From: a virus
Direction: 5' to 3' (one strand)
Length of the DNA stretch: 64,000 bases
IMG/VR virus record: IMGVR_UViG_2877182016_000001
Span: 7,888 to 71,887 of that record
The translations under genes were made by a program, and so were the position numbers. Of the stretch, positions 7,917 to 18,300 are shown piece after piece (positions within the stretch are counted from its first letter, which is position 1; every line of letters begins with the position of its first letter). The notes beneath the pieces were generated by a model. The model was given only the letters and a program-made list of their open reading frames with translations. It made no database searches and was not told the DNA's origin.

Positions 7917-9437
7917 ATGATTCGTACCGCCGATGACGTGAATCGCATGGCGAATCTGCTCGCTCTGAAGATCGAGAACCGTCGGCCGGACATCAGGAAG
8001 CATACGGATTATGTTCGCGGCAAACGCGGCACCTTGAAGTTCGCGTCCGACGAGTTCAAACGCTATATGGCCGACCGGTTCAGCGGCTTCGCCGACAACT
8101 GGTGTCTGCCGGTCGCGCAGGCACCGGTCGAGCGCATTCATTTCAGGGGATTCATTCCGTATGATGATCGCGAATTGGATTCGCATGTGATGCGGGTGTG
8201 GGAACGGAACGACTGCGACCGCAAACTGCAGGAGACGGCGCTGATGATGACCACGACCGGACGTGCGTTCGGCCTGGTCACGTCGATGCCGGACAACAGG
8301 GCGCGCATCAGCTTCGAGCATCCGGACAGCGCGGCAGTACACTACGACCCGCTCACTGGCGAGGTCGATGCGGGGCTGCTGGTCCGATACGACGAGGAGC
8401 ACGAGTTCGGCACTTTGCTGCTGCCGGACATGGTCTTCGATGTGGTGCGGGTTCGTGCGGGCGGCGACGATGAGAGGAATCGTCTGCCGCCCGGCGTGGA
8501 TGGCTGGCGGTTCGTGCCGGACTCCGCGCGCGTGAATCCTCTCGGTCGAGTCCCGTTGGTTGAATTCCGCAATCAGATGCTTTTGGACGATCTGCCGATC
8601 AGCGATGTGGAGCAGGTCGAATCGATGCAGGACGCCGTCAACGTCTGCTGGGCGTATACGCTCAACGCCTTGGATTTCGCGTCCATGCCCGCGAGGGTGA
8701 TCCTCGGCGGTGATTCGCTGTCCGAGCCGGTCTTCGATAAGGTTACCGGCGAGCAGGTAGGCGAACGCCCAGCGAACCTGGACAAGCAGGTCATGGAGCG
8801 CATCATGCAGATCACCGGCGATAATGTGTCGATTGGCGAGTGGACCGCCAGCAACCTGCAGGCTTTTCTGCCGATCATCCAGAAGGCCGTCGAGCACATC
8901 GCGGCCGAAACCCGTACGCCCGGGCATTACCTGCTGACGAACGCCGAGGTGCCGGCCACCGGCTACGAGGTCGCCGAAGCTGGATTGGTGAGCAAGACGC
9001 TGGAGCGCATCAGCTTCATGCGCCAGCCGGTGCGCGAACTGTGCGAAATGGCCATGATGCTCGAGGACGACGAGGAATCCGCCCGGATCCTCGATGATTC
9101 GAAGGTCGTGTTCGCCACACCGCAATACCGCAGCGAGGCATTGATGGCCGACGCGATGCTCAAATACAAGCAGCTCGGCTATCCATTGCAGTGGATAGCC
9201 GAGCAGATGGGCCAGAGCCCGGAGGACATCAAACGCATCATGCGCATGGTGGACGACGAGAGCCATGACCCTGAGATGGCCGAGATAGCACGCAGCCTAA
9301 AGGTCGGAGGTGCATCTGATGACGGTGACGCTGGAGAGCCTGTCGGACAGCCGGAACACTTTGGCCAGACTATGCCTGCTGGCCGTGAGGGCGGCGGACA
9401 AGGCATGGAAGGGCGTGGATCCGCTGCGGGTGCGTGA
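7917..9437 (+). CDS. Portal protein (SPP1 Gp6-like)
   Basis: Size, position, NPLGRVPLVEFRN motif. Confidence 0.85.
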   Translation: MIRTADDVNRMANLLALKIENRRPDIRKHTDYVRGKRGTLKFASDEFKRYMADRFSGFADNWCLPVAQAPVERIHFRGFIPYDDRELDSHVMRVWERNDCDRKLQETALMMTTTGRAFGLVTSMPDNRARISFEHPDSAAVHYDPLTGEVDAGLLVRYDEEHEFGTLLLPDMVFDVVRVRAGGDDERNRLPPGVDGWRFVPDSARVNPLGRVPLVEFRNQMLLDDLPISDVEQVESMQDAVNVCWAYTLNALDFASMPARVILGGDSLSEPVFDKVTGEQVGERPANLDKQVMERIMQITGDNVSIGEWTASNLQAFLPIIQKAVEHIAAETRTPGHYLLTNAEVPATGYEVAEAGLVSKTLERISFMRQPVRELCEMAMMLEDDEESARILDDSKVVFATPQYRSEALMADAMLKYKQLGYPLQWIAEQMGQSPEDIKRIMRMVDDESHDPEMAEIARSLKVGGASDDGDAGEPVGQPEHFGQTMPAGREGGGQGMEGRGSAAGA

Positions 9438-10536
9438 CAGTTGGAATCGGACAAACGTCGATTTCATCACGCTCTTCGCAGCCCTGCAGACGCGTGCGGC
9501 GAGCGATGCGATGGACTCGTCCACGTTGATGCTCGCAGAACAGGGCGATTACGTGCGTCCCGATGGCGGCATCGCGAATCCACTCGCCTTCGGGGCAGGT
9601 TTCGCGCCGAGCGGCATCGACCTCGAATCATATTTCGACATTCCGGTCACGCACACATTGTCGGCCATCAAATCAGGACTTGACCCGATAGACGCCATGC
9701 GGTCCGGACGCCGGACGCTCCGCCAGATGGCCATGCAGGCCATCGAGGACACATCCATCAGCGCGATGGGCGTCAGCATCACCCAGCGTTCCGGTGTCGG
9801 CTACGTGCGCGTCGAATCACCCGACTGCTGCCCACGATGCGCCATCCTCGCCGGAAAATACTTCCGGCATAGCCAGAACTTCCTGCGGCATCCGAAATGC
9901 CATGGAACGACCATCCCCTGCAAGGGCAGGGACAAGGCCGAGAAGCAAGGCTGGATCACTGATCCGATGGACCGCTTCAACCGCATGAGCGAGGCGGAGC
10001 AGGACAGGGTCTTCGGCCACTCCGACGCGCAGGCCATCAGGGACGGCGCTGACATCTACCAGGTCGTCAACGCGCACCGAGGCATGAGGCCGGTCGGACG
10101 CGGCAACATCAGTATGACCACATCCGAAGGCACCAGTCGATACGGCTGGAGCCGCATGATCCGAAAATACGAATATGGCCAGAAGCAACGGCGCAGGCTC
10201 ACGCCGGAAGGCATCTACAGCTTCAACCTCCCGCGCGAGCAGACCATCGAGCTGCTGAAACGCGAGGGCTACATCCTGCCGGACAAATGGCGAGAGCGGG
10301 TGCCGGAACTTCGCCGCAGCCAATGGCTTCACAACAACGACTACCGCCAAGGGCGGCATGAGGAGCTGACCGCGGCGCAGAAGCGTCTGCTCAATGCGCG
10401 GCTCCGCTATGAGGCAGCTTTGGACGGTCGCAATCCCTACCAGTCTGGCAAGCCGGTCACGCCGGACGTGTTGGCAAAGGCCGAGAACTCGTATCGCCGG
10501 TGGCTCTCCAGCAACGGCGAAAAATACACCGAATGA
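9319..10536 (+). CDS. Minor head/capsid maturation protein (MuF-like)
   Basis: CPRCAILAG...RHPKCHG motif, follows the portal gene. Confidence 0.7.
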   Translation: MTVTLESLSDSRNTLARLCLLAVRAADKAWKGVDPLRVRDSWNRTNVDFITLFAALQTRAASDAMDSSTLMLAEQGDYVRPDGGIANPLAFGAGFAPSGIDLESYFDIPVTHTLSAIKSGLDPIDAMRSGRRTLRQMAMQAIEDTSISAMGVSITQRSGVGYVRVESPDCCPRCAILAGKYFRHSQNFLRHPKCHGTTIPCKGRDKAEKQGWITDPMDRFNRMSEAEQDRVFGHSDAQAIRDGADIYQVVNAHRGMRPVGRGNISMTTSEGTSRYGWSRMIRKYEYGQKQRRRLTPEGIYSFNLPREQTIELLKREGYILPDKWRERVPELRRSQWLHNNDYRQGRHEELTAAQKRLLNARLRYEAALDGRNPYQSGKPVTPDVLAKAENSYRRWLSSNGEKYTE

Positions 10537-10547
10537 AAGGAAACACC

Positions 10548-11138
10548 ATGTCAGATGGACAGCAGCAGGATCCGAACACCAATGCCCAGGGCGCACAGGA
10601 GCCGCCAATCGACTGGCACGACAAGTTCCTCGGCCAGAAGAAGGTCAACACCGACCTCGAAGCGAAGCTCAAGGCCGCCCGTGAGAAGGCCGACCGAGTG
10701 GACGACCTTGAGAAGCAGGTGGCCGACTGGGAGCAGCGCGGCAAGGAATTCGACTCCGCGCAGGCTACCATCGCCGGTCTGCAGAAGCGGGTGCTCCAGG
10801 CGAACGTCACCGCCGCGGCGACCGGCAAGCTCATCAATCCAAGCGACGCATTGAAGCTCATCGACTTCTCCGACCTGACCGCGGACGATCAGGGAGGATA
10901 CGACCAGCAGGCGATCGGCGAGAAGATCGACGCCCTGGTCACGGCACACCCGTATCTCGCGCAAGGCGGGAACAATGCTGGCCTGGCGGGAATCATCCCA
11001 CCGTCGGGCGTCCGCGATGGCGATCATCAGACGGGACAGCTTACCAGGGACGATCTGAAGAACATGACCCCGAAGCAGATTGACGAGGCGCGCCGCAAGG
11101 GCCGTTTGAATGATCTGCTCGCAGGCCGCAGTAAGTAA
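10548..11138 (+). CDS. Capsid scaffolding protein
   Basis: Coiled-coil protein immediately before the major capsid gene. Confidence 0.7.
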   Translation: MSDGQQQDPNTNAQGAQEPPIDWHDKFLGQKKVNTDLEAKLKAAREKADRVDDLEKQVADWEQRGKEFDSAQATIAGLQKRVLQANVTAAATGKLINPSDALKLIDFSDLTADDQGGYDQQAIGEKIDALVTAHPYLAQGGNNAGLAGIIPPSGVRDGDHQTGQLTRDDLKNMTPKQIDEARRKGRLNDLLAGRSK

Positions 11139-11149
11139 GGAGGCCAGCA

Positions 11150-12091
11150 ATGGCAATCACCAATTTCATCCCCGAGGTATGGTCCGCCGCCATCCTCGAA
11201 GCCCTGCGCGCGAAGCTCGTCTTCCCGAGCCTGTGCAACCGCGATTACGAGGGCGACATCCGTGAGGCCGGTGACACCGTGCACATCACCGGATACAACG
11301 ACGTGACAGTGCACGAGTACGTGCGCGGCAAAGCGATTACCGTCGATGACGTCACGGATAAGGAAGCCGCCGTGCTCAAGATCGACAAGTCCGACTATTT
11401 CGCTTTCAAGGTCAATGACCTCGACAAGACTCAGGCCAAGGCCGATCTGACCGGAAAGTTCACAAATTCCGCCGCCTACAACATGATGAAGAACGTGGAG
11501 AACTACATCTCCAATCTCATGGACGCGGCCGTCAGCACTCCGGCGAAGACCGTGGCCGTCGGCACCCCTGCAGACGCGTATCTCGCCGTCGTGGAAGCCG
11601 GACGCAAGCTCGATGTGCAGAACGTGCCCGACGAGGGCCGCTGGCTTGTCGTCAGCCCAGACTTCTACGCCTTGCTGCTGCAGGACTCCCGCTTCATCGA
11701 AGGCACCGAAGCGGGCCATAATACTCTGCTTAACGGCGTGGTCGGACAGGTGCGCGGCTTCACCGTAGTGAAGTCCAACAATGTGCCGCGCAAGTCCGCC
11801 AGTCCGGACACCCAGTCCATTCTCGCCGGCACGAACGCGGCCGTGACCTTCGCGCAGCAGGTCAGCAAGGTGGAGGCGATGCGCATGCAGACCGACTTCG
11901 CCGACATGGTGCGCGGCCTCGACCTGTACGGCGCCAAGGTCATCCGTCCAGAGTGCCTGACCAAGATCACACTGAACCTCTCCACCTCCACCGGTCGTTC
12001 CATGCAGGCTGCGACGGCCTCCGTCGTGAGCGATACTACCGAAAACAGCGATGGTGAAGAGGCTGCTGCAGGCAAGAAGAGTGGCAAGTAG
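11150..12091 (+). CDS. Major capsid protein
   Basis: FIPEVWSA...NRDYEGDI...GDTVHI N-terminus, LYGAKVIRPE C-terminus; strong RBS. Confidence 0.85.
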   Translation: MAITNFIPEVWSAAILEALRAKLVFPSLCNRDYEGDIREAGDTVHITGYNDVTVHEYVRGKAITVDDVTDKEAAVLKIDKSDYFAFKVNDLDKTQAKADLTGKFTNSAAYNMMKNVENYISNLMDAAVSTPAKTVAVGTPADAYLAVVEAGRKLDVQNVPDEGRWLVVSPDFYALLLQDSRFIEGTEAGHNTLLNGVVGQVRGFTVVKSNNVPRKSASPDTQSILAGTNAAVTFAQQVSKVEAMRMQTDFADMVRGLDLYGAKVIRPECLTKITLNLSTSTGRSMQAATASVVSDTTENSDGEEAAAGKKSGK

Positions 12092-12116
12092 TCGAGTCCG
12101 ATGATTGGAGGCTGAA

Positions 12117-12698
12117 ATGACCGCACTGGCCACCCTGGACGACCTGAAGCGTAACGGCATCGAAGTGACCGACGAGCAGACGGCATTCAGTCTGCTCGAC
12201 TCGGTCTCCGAAGCCGTCCGCTCGGCTGCCGGGTGTCCGATCACGCTCGGCGAATGGACAGTGGACCTGCCAGGCGAACAGTCCAGGAAACTCGATCTGC
12301 CATGCCGAGCGGTGCGCGACGTGTCCAAGGTACTCGTGGACGGGCAGTCCATCGATGATTGGAAACTCTTCGGCTCCTCTCTCTATCGGGAGGAGCCATG
12401 GAGCACCTTCGGCGGCATACCGTCGACCGTGACGGTCACCTTCCGCGGCGGCTGGGATCCGATACCGGCCGACATCGTCAGACTGGTCTGCTCGTATGTC
12501 GCCGCCGGATTACATCAGCTCGCGGATGGTGGCCCCGGCGCCCACTCCGGCATCGCCTACGAGAGGCTTGATGACGCGCAGGTCGGATATACGCATGATG
12601 GCACCCAGATCGACGCGACCGAATTGCCGGAAGCGACCAGACGCAGCCTGCGCAATCGCTTCGGTGCGAACGTCAGTTCGATTGGAGTGTTCCGATGA
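12117..12698 (+). CDS. Head-tail adaptor
   Basis: LATLDDL N-terminus, IPADIVRLVC, position after the capsid gene. Confidence 0.7.
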   Translation: MTALATLDDLKRNGIEVTDEQTAFSLLDSVSEAVRSAAGCPITLGEWTVDLPGEQSRKLDLPCRAVRDVSKVLVDGQSIDDWKLFGSSLYREEPWSTFGGIPSTVTVTFRGGWDPIPADIVRLVCSYVAAGLHQLADGGPGAHSGIAYERLDDAQVGYTHDGTQIDATELPEATRRSLRNRFGANVSSIGVFR

Positions 12699-13108
12699 GA
12701 ATCAGTGCATCCTTTCTCGCAAAGGCCAGAGCCAACGCGGAATGCCTGATGACCGACCGATGCACCGTCACGCGCCCGGGCGAATCCGTGACGGATCCGG
12801 ACACCGGACTGCCGACAACAGGCACCGAACATGTGTACGAGGGGTGTTGCAAGGTGCAGACCAGCGGCGGCCTCGCCAGCGAGCAGACCGAAGGCAGCGC
12901 GGCCCAAGCCATGGGCGCCGTCTCGTTGGTCTGGTCTTTGTACGTGCATTTTCCATATGGCACTCCAGGCCTTCGCGCCGGTGACGTGGTGGGAGTCACG
13001 GAATCCGCTAATCCGCTGCTCGTCGGCAGGCGGTTCAGGCTCGTCTCGCCTCAAAGCGAGAAGACGCACGCCACCGCCTGCCGTTGGAACGTGAAGGAGG
13101 ACTCATGA
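12695..13108 (+). CDS. Head closure/stopper protein (DUF6093-like)
   Basis: MTDRCTVTRPG...VYEG.CKVQ; homolog 55075..55497. Confidence 0.65.
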   Translation: MRISASFLAKARANAECLMTDRCTVTRPGESVTDPDTGLPTTGTEHVYEGCCKVQTSGGLASEQTEGSAAQAMGAVSLVWSLYVHFPYGTPGLRAGDVVGVTESANPLLVGRRFRLVSPQSEKTHATACRWNVKEDS

Positions 13109-13482
13109 GTGGAATGTTCGACGCTTCGCAGTTGACGGCCTTCGGTGACGTGCTGCTCGCCAGGGGAGTGGCTCGCCGCGCCTTGATCTCCGCAGCGGTG
13201 AAGAAGGGCGCGCAGAACGTCAAGAACTCGATTCGCGACGACCTGAACGGTTCCGGCAATGCCGCATTCAGGCGTATCCCGATCAGCTACACGCTGCAGG
13301 AATCCGCTGGACGCATCACCGCCGAGATCGGCCCGACGAAAGGCGGAGCGGGTTCGCTCGCGAACATCGCGTTCTTCGGCACCGCGAAGGGCGGTGGAAC
13401 GCACCGATTCTACGAGCATGGTGAGGAAGAATTGCCGAAGCTCGCGGAATATGTGGCGCGTGCCGCCGTGGAGGTGGTCTGA
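13105..13482 (+). CDS. Neck/tail completion protein (HK97 gp10-like)
   Basis: Position; IAFFGT motif. Confidence 0.6.
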   Translation: MSGMFDASQLTAFGDVLLARGVARRALISAAVKKGAQNVKNSIRDDLNGSGNAAFRRIPISYTLQESAGRITAEIGPTKGGAGSLANIAFFGTAKGGGTHRFYEHGEEELPKLAEYVARAAVEVV

Positions 13483-13899
13483 ATGAAGTCGATCATGACG
13501 TTGACCGACACGATTCTCGACCATATTCCGAAGCCGGCGACGGGCTGGGCCGTGTACCGGCAGACGGCTCCTAAGCCTACGGAGAAGCCGCCGTGGGTGA
13601 TCGAAACGGTCACGACCAACGGTCATATCGTCGGCGAAACGCAGCATGTGCATTGCGGTATCGGCACTCTGCTGGTGCGCATCGTGAGCACTACGGCCGA
13701 TTCCGTCAACGTGCTGGCCGATGACCTCATGATTCCAGGACTTGCTGGCAAAAGGTTCGTCGCGCAGGGTTTCGACACCGGCTGTCTGACGCTGTTCTCC
13801 GATTCCGGCGCCTATGCGGCAGGACTTACCGCAGAGGACACGGCGCTGCTTTACCAGTGCCGTCTTCTGACTTTCAAATTCAACTGGTCACGCATGTGA
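13483..13899 (+). CDS. Tail terminator protein
   Basis: Position before the major tail gene; PPWVI motif. Confidence 0.6.
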   Translation: MKSIMTLTDTILDHIPKPATGWAVYRQTAPKPTEKPPWVIETVTTNGHIVGETQHVHCGIGTLLVRIVSTTADSVNVLADDLMIPGLAGKRFVAQGFDTGCLTLFSDSGAYAAGLTAEDTALLYQCRLLTFKFNWSRM

Positions 13900-13920
13900 C
13901 CCAAATATTAAGGAGGAGTC

Positions 13921-14439
13921 ATGGTTTTGACTCTGGGAACCGAAGTTCCTTCCACACCGGCGGACGGTCTGGTCAACACGATCTGGGTGCCGTCTATCAA
14001 AAACATCCAGAAGCCGACCGCTGCGGAGATCAACGCTGGAACAGACCTGTCCAACTACGTTACCCTAGGCGGGTGGAGCTGCACTCCGTCGCAGGAGTCC
14101 ATCTCCGACCAGCGCGAGAACAGCGCGCAGGATTACGAGAATCCCGGACGCAAGAAGATCAGTGGCCCGAGCATCGAGGTCATCGACAACACCAACACTT
14201 CGCATTCCACACAGAACGCTGCAATGGAGACACTTGCCGAGGGCGTGGAAGGCTATTTCGTGCGTCGCTACGGCAAGCAGACGGATAAGACTTTTGTCGC
14301 CGGCGACATTGTGAACGTGTACGCGGTCCGCATCGGCATGAGCGCCAAGATGGCGATCGCCGCGAACAGCGTGCTGCGCAGCAAGGTCAATTTCTCCGTT
14401 CGCGCTCCCGGCTGGGCGGAGAACGTGAAGGTCGCCTGA
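13921..14439 (+). CDS. Major tail tube protein
   Basis: PTAAEINAGTDLSNYV motif of actinophage tail tubes; RBS AAGGAGG. Confidence 0.8.
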   Translation: MVLTLGTEVPSTPADGLVNTIWVPSIKNIQKPTAAEINAGTDLSNYVTLGGWSCTPSQESISDQRENSAQDYENPGRKKISGPSIEVIDNTNTSHSTQNAAMETLAEGVEGYFVRRYGKQTDKTFVAGDIVNVYAVRIGMSAKMAIAANSVLRSKVNFSVRAPGWAENVKVA

Positions 14440-14447
14440 TTAATTCT

Positions 14448-14502
14448 TCCCGCACCGGACTTTCGTCCCTTTCGCCGGTGCGGGACCCTCTTTTTTCTCT
14501 TT
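14448..14502 (+). terminator. Intrinsic terminator-like hairpin after the major tail gene
   Basis: TCCCGCACCGG/CCGGTGCGGGA 11-bp stem followed by a T-rich run. Confidence 0.6.
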
Positions 14503-14542
14503 TCCGGCAAAGGAACATGAATATTAGAGCGAAGGAACAACA

Positions 14543-15052
14543 ATGCTTAAAGTCGTCAGGCGCACGCGTGAGGTCGATGTCATCCTCAACCAGCAGACCG
14601 CCGAGGACATCGCCAGATTGGGTGATGCGCTGGCCGAGGAGACCACGCGCGAACAAATCACGGAGGCTGGGACGAACCGGCAGGCGAAGGCCACCGCGCG
14701 GCGCATCGAAGAGCTGCGCGAGCAGGCGGATGCGGAGACGTTGAAGCTCACGTTGCGAGCATTGCCGGTAAGCCAGTGGGCGCAGGCATTGGCCGCGCAC
14801 CGCAACGAGAACGGCACGAACGACATGTTCGGCACCGCCGCCGCGGCACTGCCTCTCATGCTTGATTCCGCGACCATCGGCGGCAAGCCGGTGGCCGACG
14901 AGGACAAGACCGAACAGGCGTGGCGCAATCTGTTCGACGAACTCACCGATGGTCAGTTCACGCCGATCTGGCAGGCCATCGCCGAACTGAACGGCACCGC
15001 AGCGGACCCAAAAGCGGCATTCGACCTCGCCTCGCAGGTTCTCCGCAACTAG
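14543..15052 (+). CDS. Tail assembly chaperone (G)
   Basis: Lies between the tail tube and tape measure genes. Confidence 0.75.
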   Translation: MLKVVRRTREVDVILNQQTAEDIARLGDALAEETTREQITEAGTNRQAKATARRIEELREQADAETLKLTLRALPVSQWAQALAAHRNENGTNDMFGTAAAALPLMLDSATIGGKPVADEDKTEQAWRNLFDELTDGQFTPIWQAIAELNGTAADPKAAFDLASQVLRN

Positions 15053-15375
15053 TCGAGGACCTTAAGATCTGCCGCCAGCTCGGCATCAGCTATAAGCGTT
15101 TCATGGGCTGGCGCCCGAGTGAGGGCGATGAGGTCGAATGGGATGAGACGGAACGCAATTGGATGCGCTCGTTGGCTGAATACGAACTGTCATTATGCCC
15201 CATGTGCGGTTTGCCTCGCTCGATCTGCCAAGACCCGAATGGTGAACTTACATTGCATGCCGAAACCAGCGTCTGCTGGGCCACTGCGCACATGCAGCAG
15301 GCCATGAAACGTTGGACTGATGCGAATGGCAGGGACAATCCGGCCGCGAACGCCTTGGTGGCGCATTTGACCTGA
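15007..15375 (+). CDS. Tail assembly chaperone -1 frameshift extension (GT)
   Basis: Slippery heptamer C CCA AAA at 15007-15013; the -1 frame is open to 15375. Confidence 0.7.
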   Translation, partial: PKSGIRPRLAGSPQLVEDLKICRQLGISYKRFMGWRPSEGDEVEWDETERNWMRSLAEYELSLCPMCGLPRSICQDPNGELTLHAETSVCWATAHMQQAMKRWTDANGRDNPAANALVAHLT

Positions 15376-15390
15376 TTTTTGGAGGATGCT

Positions 15391-18300
15391 TTGGCGGAGA
15401 ACAAGAACATCGTCATCCGGTTGATGGCTGATACAGCCTCATATGAGGCGGCGATGACCCGCGCCGGAAGCACTGCGAAAACGGTTGCTTCGGGCATGGA
15501 GAACACCGGCCGCAAGTCCGCGCTTATTGCCAGTGGCATGACCGCAGCAGGTTTGGCCGTGGCCGCGTTCGGCGTGGCCGCGGTGAAGATGGCCGCAGAC
15601 TTCGACCAGCAGATGAGCACCGTGCAGGCGAACACTGGCGCGACCAGCGCCCAAATGGACCAGCTGCGTGCCGCCGCCATCGAAGCAGGAGCTTCCACGG
15701 TTTATTCCGCTTCGGATTCCGCCGACGCGATCAATGATCTCGGCAAGGCCGGCATGAGCGTCACGGATATTCTCACCGGTGGCTTGTCTGGCGCTTTGAA
15801 TCTGGCCGCGTCCGATGGAATGGCCGTGGGGGATGCCGCCGAATACATGGCCAACGCGTTGAGCATGTTCCACCTGAAGGGGTCTCAGGCTTCCCAGGTG
15901 GCCGATACTTTGGCGGCTGGCGCCGGCAAGGCCGTCGGCAATGTCTCCGATTTCGGCGAGGCGTTGAACAATTGCGGAGCGCAGGCGAACAGTTTCGGCA
16001 TGAACGTGCAGGAAACCACCGGCGTACTGGCGCTTTTCGCACAGAACGGCACCATCGGCGCCGAAGCCGGCACCCAGTTGAACAGCATGCTGATGAAGCT
16101 GGCCGCACCGTCCGCCGAAGCGTCCAACACGATGAAGGAATTGGGCATCAGCGCATATGACGCGCAACATCATTTCGTCGGCATGGCGAACTTCGCCGGA
16201 CAACTGCAGAAGGCCGAAAAAGGCTTGACCGACGAGCAGCGCAACCAGGCGAACGCGACCATCTTCGGAAGCTACGCGATCAAGGCCGCGAATTATCTTT
16301 ACGAGGCGGGCGAGTCCGGTGTCAACAAGTGGACGAAGGCCGTCTCCGAAAGCGGGTACGCCGCCGAGCAGGCGGCCGCGAAGAACAACAATCTCAAGGG
16401 TGATCTGGAGAATCTGGGCGGTTCGATGGAGTCCTTGATGATTTCCGTAGGCGAGGGCGCCCAAGGGCCTTTGCGCAAGATGGTGCAGGGCTTGGATACG
16501 CTGGTTGACGCGTTCGCCGGTTTGCCGTCCGGAGCGCAGCAGACCCTCGTGGTCATGGCATCATTGGCCGGCGTGTTCGGCGCGGTGCATAAGGCCGCGG
16601 GCAATCTCAACGGCAGCACCAGCACGATGGCCAACAACATCGGTCTGGCCATTGACCCGATTCAACGTGTCAAGACGGCGCTCGGATCCGCGCAGACGGC
16701 TTTCGACCTGTTCAAGGGGTCCTCGATGAGCGCTTCCGAGCAGATGGAGGCGTTCGGCACGTCCGCCAGCAAGGCGCAGTTGAAGACCGCTGGTTTCAAG
16801 GCGGTTGGCAGCAGCATAATGAGTCTGCTTGGTGGCCCGTGGGGCATCGCGCTGACGGTGGCCGGCGTGGCGTTATCGGCTTTTATTTCTCAGCAGCAGA
16901 AGGCTAAGGCGGCATCCGAGCAGCTGGAAAGCGCTCTGGAGTCCGGTTCGGATGTCGCGTCCGAAATCGCCGGAGCCTATCAGGATATGAGCAGTGGCGG
17001 CGTCAAGTTGACCACATGGCTTGACAAGGCGGGTATCAGCCTGACCGACATGACCAGCGCGGCCATGGGCAACGAAGCCGCGTTGAAGCGCGTCAACAAG
17101 CAGATCAAGGAAATCGACAAGCCCGGCATTGGCGGAACCGCGGCAGCCGCCATCAAGAAAGCCCTGAAAGAGGAATCAAAGGCCTACGATGATGCCGCTA
17201 AGAAGGCCAATGAGAAAAGCAAGGCCGCCAAGAACGCGGTGGACGCTGACGGAAAGTCCGCATCGGCAGCGAAGGAAGCTGCCAGCGCGAACAAGGATCT
17301 CGCTGACTCCGCTTCCGACGCGTCCGAGGAAATCGATGATCTGGTTCAGGCGCTGTTTGGGTTGGAGTCCGGCAACCTGACTGCAGACCAGGCTGTCGAC
17401 CAGCTGAACCAGAAGATCGGCGAACTGTCAAAAACATGCGAAGATAACGGCGTCGTCTTCGACCAGAGCGGGAATCTGCTTGACCGTTTTTCCGAGGAGG
17501 GCACGAAGACCAAGCAGGCTTTGGAGGACATCGCCAGCAGCGCCCAGAACGCTGCGGAAAAGATTCTCAAGCAGGGCGAGAGCACCGGTTTCAGCAGCGG
17601 TGAGATCGAGCGTGCGAACGGCGTGCTGCAGGATGCTCGTGACGCGATCATCCGGCAGGCCGAAGCCTCGGGCATGAGCGAACAGGCCGCTAACGCCTTG
17701 GCCGACCGTTGGGGTCTGAGTTCCGATAGCATCAAGGCTTCCATCGACAATATCCGGATGACCGCCGACAACAACAAGGCGAAGCTTGACGTTGACGATT
17801 CCAAGGCCAAGTCGAAGACCGATAATGCGAAGAAAAACGTTGATTCGGTCAATAAGGCTAAGGGCACAGCGAAGCTCGATGCCGACGATAAGGCGTCTGG
17901 CAAGGCCAAGAATGCCGAGAAGAACGTCGAATCCGCGAACAAGTCCAAAGGCAAGGCCACTCTTGACGCGACGGACAAGGCTTCCGGCAAGGCCGACAAG
18001 GCGAAAAGCAGCGTCAGGTCTGTCAACAACGCCAAAGGCACCGCGAAGCTTGACGCGACTGACAAGGCCAGCGGCAAGATCAACGCCGTCAACGGCATGA
18101 AGCTGAACAACAAGAACATGGTCCTTACCGCTTCTGACCATGCGTCCAGCAAGATCAATGCGGTAAACAATAAGCGTCTGAATAACAAGAAGACCACGCT
18201 GAACGCTTCCGACAAGGCGTCCAGCAAAGTGGATTCCGTGAACCGTAAGACTATCGGCGACAAGCACTTCACGGTCAGGGTCACTGACCATGCTTCCGCT

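Noticed and set aside
17780..18300. Lys/Ala-rich repeats as a separate repeat element
   Set aside because: They are in-frame coding repeats of the tape measure protein.
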